A DNA stretch of 64,000 bases from contig CAVXYC010000015.1 of NCBI GenBank assembly GCA_963765765.1, forward strand, positions 1 through 64,000, read 5' to 3'. Within the stretch, counting starts at the first letter, position 1. The number at the start of each line of letters is the position of its first letter. The translations under genes were made by a program, and so were the position numbers. The notes below the pieces were generated by a model, which saw nothing but the letters and a program-made list of their open reading frames with translations, ran no database searches and was not told the origin of the DNA. Positions 58,008-64,000 of the stretch are shown here, piece by piece. This DNA comes from an uncultured Chloroflexia bacterium (GTDB lineage Bacteria > Chloroflexota > UBA6077 > JACCZL01).

Positions 58008-59212
58008 TTGCTCTGGCTGCTGCTGCTGGCGAGCTTGTTGCTGCGACTATTCTGGCTTGCCCGACCCGAGGGCGCGCTCATTTTCGACGAGAGCTACTAC
58101 GTGAATGCCGCTCGTGTGATCGCCGGGCTCCCGACAACTCAAGATCGTTACCCTAACGCTCCAGTCGGGCTTGATCCGAACACGGAGCACCCGCCGCTCG
58201 CCAAGCTCATCGTGGCCGGCTCGATTCGCGTGCTCGGGGACAACGCATATGGCTGGCGCATCCCCAGCGTCGTCTTCGGAACGCTGAGTATTGTGCTGAT
58301 GTACGGGATCACCCGTCGTCTGGGCGCTGGCCCGTACGTGGCGTTGCTGGCGGCTACACTCCTGGCGTTCGATAACCTGGTGTTCGTCCACAGCCGTATT
58401 TTTACGCTGGACATCTTCCAGCTCACCTTCATGCTCCTGGGCCTCTACTGGTACGTCGACCGACGCGCTACCCTTTCTGGCGTGGGGTTCGCGCTGGCCG
58501 CGCTCTGCAAGATTGGCGGGATATTTGGACCGCTCGCACTGATCGTCTATGAAGGCCTGCGTCTGGTACGCCGGGAGGGGCCGTGGCAGGCGGATCTGCG
58601 GCGCGCAACTCGGCGCCTGGTGCGCATGGGCGTCACCTTCATCGTCGCGTTCCTGCTGCTCCTGGGCATCACCGACCGCCTCTGGGTGGGGTACAGCCAG
58701 CCCTTTGAGCATCTCCAGCGGATCGTTGGCTACGGTCAACTACTCCGACGCGAGATTCCCCAGGGCATCGAGAGCTACCCCTGGCAGTGGCTCTGGAACG
58801 ACATCGAGATACCGTACCTGCGGGTTGACCAGGAGGTACGGGTGGGCGACGAGGTGCGTGAGAAGCGGCCGCTCATTTACTTCCTCGGAGCTATGAACCC
58901 ATTTGTCCTCGAGCTGTGGCCGTTGGCGCTTGCCTTCGTAGCCTACGCGTGGTGGTCGCGTCGACCGGAGCCGACCTGGGAGCGCTTGCGCTCGCCTGGT
59001 TCGCGGTGACCTATTTACCATTCGTCGTCCTGTCGCTGATCGGTCAGCGGATCTCCTACCTCTTTTACTTTCTCCCAAGCCTCCCGGCCATCGTGCTGGC
59101 TGGCAGCTACTTCTTGTTGAACATAGGTCTTCCCCGAGTGGTCATATGGACCTACGTCGGGGCTGTGCTACTCGCTTTCTACGGGTACTTCCCGTTCAAA
59201 CCCGTACCGTAG
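58008..59212 (+). CDS. Protein O-mannosyltransferase (PMT/GT39 family), frameshift near 58965; N-terminus may extend to ATG 57848
   Basis: FDESYYV, EHPPLAK, GWRIPS, SRIFTLDIF, SYPWQW, MNP, YLFYFLP. Confidence 0.85.
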
Positions 59213-59269
59213 GTAGCAGCAGCGGGCATTCCGATCTGCCCGCTGGTCGGCGGTCTGCCTGACCTGGAC

Positions 59270-59530
59270 TCAGGTGGCAGAGTGGCCGTTGTTGTCCGTG
59301 CAATAGGCCTGGGTGGTGAATTTGCTGATGAACGCGACCCAGCGCCCGTCGGGCTGCTCAGCCATGGTGCCGCTGTCTTGCCAGATGCCGTTCTCGCCCC
59401 ACCATGGGGAGTCGGCGGGATCACCCTGGTTCTGGTGGACGTTGTGCATGCCCAGGCCGGCCGTGAACGGCTCGCCCCACACGAGGATGCACTTGCCCGG
59501 GTGCACGATGCCTTCCAGGGCAGTGCTACG
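59270..59530 (-). pseudogene. DUF2278 (YukJ-like) C-terminal fragment
   Basis: WGEPF...GMHNVHQNQG...NGIWQD...FTTQAYCTD. The N-terminal half is not recognisable. Confidence 0.65.
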
Positions 59531-59728
59531 CCCAGAGGGTGTCGCCACTGGAACCGCCGACATCCTGTCGGCCCGGCCCCTAAAGGCCGCCTCCCGCACA
59601 CCATCGCCACCGAAGTCGAGTTCCCCGCCTGTGGCCCACTTGCAGCGTAGTCGGCGACGTTCCCTGCAACGGGAGCTTTCGGGAGGAGACTTTATGCTAC
59701 GGAAAACGCACCCAAGTTCCAGCCGCCC

Positions 59729-59757
59729 TGTCATCCTAAGCGTCTAGCGAAGGATCT
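59729..59757 (+). repeat. TGTCATCCT...GCGAAGGATCT-type REP, left copy (interrupted by the IS)
   Basis: TGTCATCCTAAGCGTCTAGCGAAGGATCT. It continues TTCCC after the IS. Confidence 0.75.
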
Positions 59758-60157
59758 TGTATCTTGAAATCCCAGCCCGTGGGCTGGGGATAACCCGCCG
59801 TCGTTGTCCGGGGGCTGCTGACGCGCCAGCAGGTGGCTTCGCTAGTCGGGTGGCCCCCTGGAACCGGGACAGCGGCAGCACGCAGGGCGGCGCCAGACGT
59901 GGGGCGGGCGCCGATCGGTGCGCGGCGCCCTGTATATGGGCACCTTGGTGGCCACGCGGTGCAACGGGGTGATCCGCGCGTTCTACCAGCGGCTGCTGAC
60001 CGCGGGGAAACCGAAGAAGGTGGCCTTGATCGCCTGCATGCGGAAACTCCTCACCACTCTGAACGCGATGAAGCGCACCGGCCAGTCATGGAACCCTCCG
60101 ATCCCATCCCCCGCCACCGAAACGGAGGCTGCGGCTTGATACGTCAAGACAGTTGCT
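59756..60157 (+). mobile_element. Internally deleted IS110-family (IS621-like) element with both ends, flanked by a CT core
   Basis: Recombinase C-terminus ASLVG(V)APWNRDSG...GGR...ALYM...GKPKKVALIACMRKLL. Left end CT|TGTATCTTGAA, right end CAAGACAGTTG|CT. Confidence 0.85.
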
Positions 60158-60183
60158 TTCCCGACGGCAACCTGGACACTGCT

Positions 60184-60216
60184 GGGGAAGATCCTTCGCT
60201 GCGCTCCAGGATGGAA
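60184..60216 (-). repeat. Same REP family, inverted right copy
   Basis: Reverse complement reads TTCCATCCTGGAGCGCAGCGAAGGATCTTCCCC. Confidence 0.75.
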
Positions 60217-60319
60217 TGGTGGCCTGATGCAGGATAGAGAAGACAGGGCGAAGAACGCTGGATAGTAAATGGCGTCAGACCGCTTAACCGAACCTCGCGC
60301 CAGAATGGTGGAATTGAAA

Positions 60320-60365
60320 CTCGCCCGGCTCGCGCTCTCCGGAATGAGACCGCGAGCCGGGCGAG
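60320..60365 (-). terminator. Hairpin/terminator downstream of the 61089 gene
   Basis: CTCGCCCGGCTCGCG ... CGCGAGCCGGGCGAG 15-bp arms, followed by TTTC on the - strand. Confidence 0.6.
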
Positions 60366-60373
60366 GCGTTTGC

Positions 60374-61089
60374 TCAAGGCTGACACCTCCGCGCGGCTGG
60401 AAGCCCCGAATCGGTGCGGTGCCTTGAGTGGGGGAGTTGCCCTCGGTTGGGGAGTTCCCGGTTTGGGGACGGCCGCCTCGCTGGCCCGCGTTCGCTGGCG
60501 CCTGACGATTGAGCTGCTGGTCTATCCGCTGATCGAGGCTCTGCTTCATAGCGTTCGCCTGCTCCGCAGTGAGCCGACCTGCAGTTACCGCCTGGTCGAT
60601 TCGCGTGATCGCCTCGTTCTTGAGAGCGCTCCCTACCGTGTTGGGGTCGACGCCATGCGCCCGTGCGACGTCAGCAAGCGTCTTGCCCGCAAGCTCCTGG
60701 CGTAGTTGGTTTGCTTCAATTCCGATTGCCCGCGCGGCTGCGTCAAGGCCAATGCCTGGTCCACCGCGCCCGCCCTGTGCACCGGACTTGGTATGCCCGC
60801 CCTGGCCGCGCTCAGGGATTCCAAGCTCTTGCCGTGTCTGTTGCATGGCCTGCTTGAGCTGGTCGACCGTGACATTCAGTTTGGCGGCCAGTGCCGCGAG
60901 GAAATTGTCCTGCTGGGCCTCCCGGTCGGCGCCCTGCGTCCCTGTGACGCCCTGACGGGGAGTCGGTGACTGGGCGGGGGTGGGCGTTTGTTGCGCCGAG
61001 ACCGTACCGGCTGCCATGCCGCCGAGCACGACGGTTGCCCCGCCAACGGCCAGCACTGCGACTGCCCGCTTCAATCCGTTCGAAACCAT
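60374..61089 (-). CDS. Secreted helical-repeat protein (true stop probably near 60374, obscured by an indel)
   Basis: Signal peptide ending VSA-Q. LAAKLNVTVDQLK, AARAIGIEANQLRQELAGKTLADVA, AVTAGRLTAEQA. The ORF-track extension to 59983 runs through a terminator and the IS. Confidence 0.7.
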
Positions 61090-61325
61090 GGTCCTGAGAC
61101 CTCCAATGTGTTGAGGCCAGCGGCGGCTTCTCCCGCCTACCGCGCCTCACATTGGTCACTTTAGGAAGCGAACCTTGGACAATCCTGAGAAAATCGATGC
61201 ATCCATGTGAATCGAGAGACTGACGGACGCACCGGGACGGAAATGCTCAGCGACTGCATGCGAGCTCGAGCGTCGGAAAAGATGGGCAGGGCCAGGCCTG
61301 AATGCGGTTAGGGTGATGCAGAAGA

Positions 61326-61405
61326 TGGTGGGACAGGCGTCTCTGCCTGTCTCATCGGAGGCCGGTTGCGGAGCCACAGGGCGCGCAGAGATGCCTGTCC
61401 CACCA
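61326..61405. repeat. REP doublet (GTGGGACAGGCGTCTCTGCCTGTC family), copy 2
   Basis: TGGTGGGACAGGCGTCTCTGCCTGTC ... GCAGAGATGCCTGTCCCACCA. Confidence 0.85.
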
Positions 61406-61498
61406 GTCAAGATCGTGGTCACGCCTCTTTACTAACCTCATTGGGCTTGCTCTCACCCGGCCGAGCTTCCGCGTGAACGGAGCAGAAATAAAAGGGGG

Positions 61499-61969
61499 CT
61501 ACGCTCCGACTTCCAAATCGTGCCGCCGAGCAATCTCAACGAGCTTTGGCACGTCCGGCGCCTCCGGTGCGATCTCCCGGTCAAGCTCCGCGAAGAAATG
61601 CGACGCGGCCTCTCGGGACGTCATCGAGAGCATCGCCCCGCCGCCCTTACCAAATCTGAACCAGTGGGTAGTTCCCGCGGGCAAGTGAACCAGCGTGCCT
61701 GTCGTTGCAGTGAGCTCCTTCTCGTCGATCCCGAAGGCGATCTCGCCTTGAAGCACATAGAAGGCTTCATCCCAGGGATGGTTGTGTGGAGGCGGCCCCG
61801 AGCCTTCTGGGCCGGCCTGATGGAATATCTCATAGCTGCCTGTCTGCGCTCCCGACGCAAGCACTCTGATCTGCTCGCCAACGACGTTGAGTGCAGTTGG
61901 TCCGTCCGGCAGCACTACCAGAGGATCGCGCGCCGAATCCATGGCGACGGTGGCTGGAGTCTGTGTCAT
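61499..61969 (-). CDS. Cupin-domain protein (quercetinase-like)
   Basis: GPPPHNHPWDEAFYVLQG, PAGTTHWF. Confidence 0.88.
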   Translation of the reverse strand: MTQTPATVAMDSARDPLVVLPDGPTALNVVGEQIRVLASGAQTGSYEIFHQAGPEGSGPPPHNHPWDEAFYVLQGEIAFGIDEKELTATTGTLVHLPAGTTHWFRFGKGGGAMLSMTSREAASHFFAELDREIAPEAPDVPKLVEIARRHDLEVGA

Positions 61970-62139
61970 GGTCGTGCCCCAATGCTGAGAAGTGTGCGTC
62001 CCGTGGACGCAGATGCTTGATCCACCTTAGCACCAAGTTAAACGATGCACGAGAATTGACAATCGTGGGTTCCCTGCCCGTCGGCAGGGCTATGATGCTG
62101 CTGAGATGCTCGCTGCACCCACTCGGAGGATTCGCAATC

Positions 62140-62666
62140 ATGCCTTCTATCGCACGACTCGGTCACGTCGGTATTCACGCCCACGATCTGGAAACCTGGT
62201 GACGTTCTATAGGGATGTGCTGGGACTTCAGGTGACGGATGAGGAGCCACGGGCGGGAATGGTCTTCATGAGCGCCCGTCCCGAGGAGGAGCACCATGAG
62301 CTACTCCTATGTTCCGGGCGCAACGTGGAGGATCGGGACGCCCACCTTCTCCAGCAGGTGTCATTTCGCTGCGACAGTCTGGATGACGTCATCGGCTACT
62401 ACAGGACGTTCCGGGAGCACCAGGTGCCCATTGACATGATCGTGTCGCACGGAAACGCCGTGGGACTCTACTTCCGCGATCCCGAGGGAAATCGCTGCGA
62501 AGTGTACTGGGGCACCGGGCTCAAAGCGCGACAGCCATATCTAGAGATGGTCAATCTAGAGGAAGAGCCAGACGAGATCATGCGCAAGATCCGTGAATCC
62601 GTGGCCGTGCACGGAGAGACGGGCGTGGTGGATCGCCGAGCGCTGGAGGCCCAGGATATTCGCTGA
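62140..62666 (+). CDS. VOC/glyoxalase-extradiol dioxygenase family protein (frameshift near 62195)
   Basis: MPSIARLGHVGI, FYRDVLGL, EHHEL, HGNAVGLYFRDPEGNRCE. GGAGG SD. Confidence 0.88.
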
Positions 62667-62709
62667 TACGCTACCATCCGACGAAATTGCCACATGACGG
62701 AGGCGAGGA

Positions 62710-63174
62710 ATGGCCGCTTCGATTGATCCGGCAAAGCTTGAAATGGTGCGAGAGATCAGCACGGCGGAGGCGTGGGCTGTGCTGCCCACGGCTCGCCCTG
62801 ACGGAACCGTTCAGTCGTCCATAGTCACGGCTAGACTGTCGGAGCACCCCAAGACCGGCGAGCCTGTCGTCGCATTCCTGTGTCGCGGTGGAACGGTGAA
62901 GATTCGAAACATGCGGCTGAGCCCGCGCGCAACCATCACCTTCCGGACGGGCTCGCGTTGGGTGACGATCGAAGGAGACCTGACGTTGGTGGGCCCGGAC
63001 GATCCAGCGAAGGGCTTCTCTCAGGATGAAGTGCCTGAGCTGCTGCGGAAGATCCAGACGGCGCTACGCGGTGACAACGACGATTGGCCCGCGTTTGACA
63101 AAACCATGGTTGAGCAGCGGCGTGCCGCTGCGTACATCAGCCTGGAACGAATCTATACGAACCCGGGTCGATAG
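62710..63174 (+). CDS. PPOX-class (F420-dependent-like) split-barrel protein
   Basis: TARPDGTVQSS, KIRNMRLSPRAT, WVTIEG, DWPAFDKTMVEQRR. Confidence 0.85.
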   Translation: MAASIDPAKLEMVREISTAEAWAVLPTARPDGTVQSSIVTARLSEHPKTGEPVVAFLCRGGTVKIRNMRLSPRATITFRTGSRWVTIEGDLTLVGPDDPAKGFSQDEVPELLRKIQTALRGDNDDWPAFDKTMVEQRRAAAYISLERIYTNPGR

Positions 63175-63248
63175 CGGAAATAGCGAAGAGCAGCACAAAA
63201 GGCGACCGAGTCTCGGTCGCCTTTTGTGCTGCTCTTCGCTATTTCCGC
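63174..63248. terminator. 75-bp perfect palindrome / bidirectional terminator
   Basis: 37-bp arms around a single T at 63211, with an inner AAAAGGCGACCGAG-T-CTCGGTCGCCTTTT terminator core. Lies between convergent genes. Confidence 0.85.
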
Positions 63249-63254
63249 CACTGG

Positions 63255-63647
63255 CTAATTGTTGTCGTTCTCTTGCCCATTGTCGTTCTCTTGCTCGTTG
63301 TCGTTCTTAGCCTGGTTGTCGTTGGTTGGATTGTCGGTAGCCAGTGATGCCGAACCAGGGCCGCCTTCGCAATCGGGGCCGTACTTAAGATAGGGGCTCG
63401 CATCGAAGTTTGAGGGCTGGCCGGCCGCGTTCCAGGCTTCCAGTAATGCGCGGGCCGCTGCGCGATCCACATTACCCTGGCCGTTCAGCGGGGCTCCGAT
63501 CGAGTAGAGCGACTGATACGGCGCGTCGTCGAGACCTCCGCCTGGCCACGCATCGCACGCCCCTGCTTGTTGCGTCGGCATACTAAGCCAAACGGCTGCG
63601 ATGGACAGGAGCCCTGTCACGCCAATGATTTTCACTTTCGCAAACAT
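63255..63647 (-). CDS. Small secreted protein with a C-terminal NDN repeat tail
   Basis: GGAGGAG SD, signal peptide, two Cys, tail TNDNQAKNDNEQENDNGQENDNN. Confidence 0.65.
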   Translation of the reverse strand: MFAKVKIIGVTGLLSIAAVWLSMPTQQAGACDAWPGGGLDDAPYQSLYSIGAPLNGQGNVDRAAARALLEAWNAAGQPSNFDASPYLKYGPDCEGGPGSASLATDNPTNDNQAKNDNEQENDNGQENDNN

Positions 63648-63862
63648 AACCGCGTCTCCTCCTGCCGGTGTCCTGAAAGGGCAGTGCACGAAAATCACCG
63701 TCGTCAGGACTTACCAGTAGATTAAACGTCACGACATGCGACCCGTTGCGTTTTTTCTGGCCGTTTCCTGAATGCTCGCGTTTTGGGCGCGGTTGCCGCG
63801 GCCGTGAAGCCTCACCTATGCTCGCTGGTCGCTGATCTTGCAGTTGGGGCTACAACCGCACA

Positions 63863-64000
63863 GTGAATTTTGAAGGCTCGATATCAATCAAAGCGCCCCG
63901 CGCAGAGGTGTGGGATCTACTGCTCGACATCGACCGATTTGCTGCCTGTGTGCCAGGTGTGGAATCGGTGACGCAAGTGGACGAGCGGACATTTGACGGC
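63863..64000 (+). CDS. CoxG/SRPBCC family protein, 5' part (runs off the right edge)
   Basis: GTG start, translated MNFEGSISIKAPRAEVWDLLLDIDRFAACVPGVES. Confidence 0.8.
   Translation, partial: MNFEGSISIKAPRAEVWDLLLDIDRFAACVPGVESVTQVDERTFDG

Noticed and set aside
59983-60373. C-terminal extension of the 61089(-) ORF
   Set aside because: It runs through a terminator hairpin, a REP and the antisense IS110 remnant. It is probably read-through from an indel.

Overview
This is a GC-rich bacterial window, most likely from a Chloroflexota genome (inferred from the Pro/Ala-rich lipoprotein solute-binding proteins, F420-type PPOX, leaderless genes and NDN-repeat secreted protein). More than 20 genes are broken by single-base indels, which points to an unpolished long-read assembly, so split ORFs are joined into single genes below. 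(1) 0.6-17.2 kb is a surface-glycosylation locus. It holds GT-C-type membrane proteins, a polyprenol-P GT2, a methyltransferase, GT2 and fcl, plus an epimerase / Cys-less UDP-glucose-dehydrogenase-like / SDR / Gfo-Idh-MocA / GHMP-kinase operon. With the transaldolase + SIS isomerase pair at 32-33.7 kb, this operon mirrors the lincosamide GDP-octose enzyme set. (2) 17.4-32 kb is housekeeping and transport: Zn-ribbon adenylate cyclase with a C-terminal membrane anchor, DAG kinase, nadE, MFS, mgtE behind a uORF/hairpin leader, an ABC exporter and glycerate kinase. (3) A tRNA-Pro 3' half (att-like scar) lies at 33.7 kb, followed by catabolic genes: orphan SBPs, two convergent D-aminoacylase paralogues, a Rieske oxygenase and RidA. 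(4) 50-59 kb has two Thr-rich 10-aa-repeat secreted proteins (one with a FecR domain), a YfhO-like GT-C and a protein O-mannosyltransferase. (5) A 400-bp internally deleted IS110/IS621-like element with both ends intact is inserted at a CT core inside a REP doublet. At least four REP/REPIN families and a 75-bp perfect palindrome are also present. No CRISPR array, rRNA or intact tRNA was seen.
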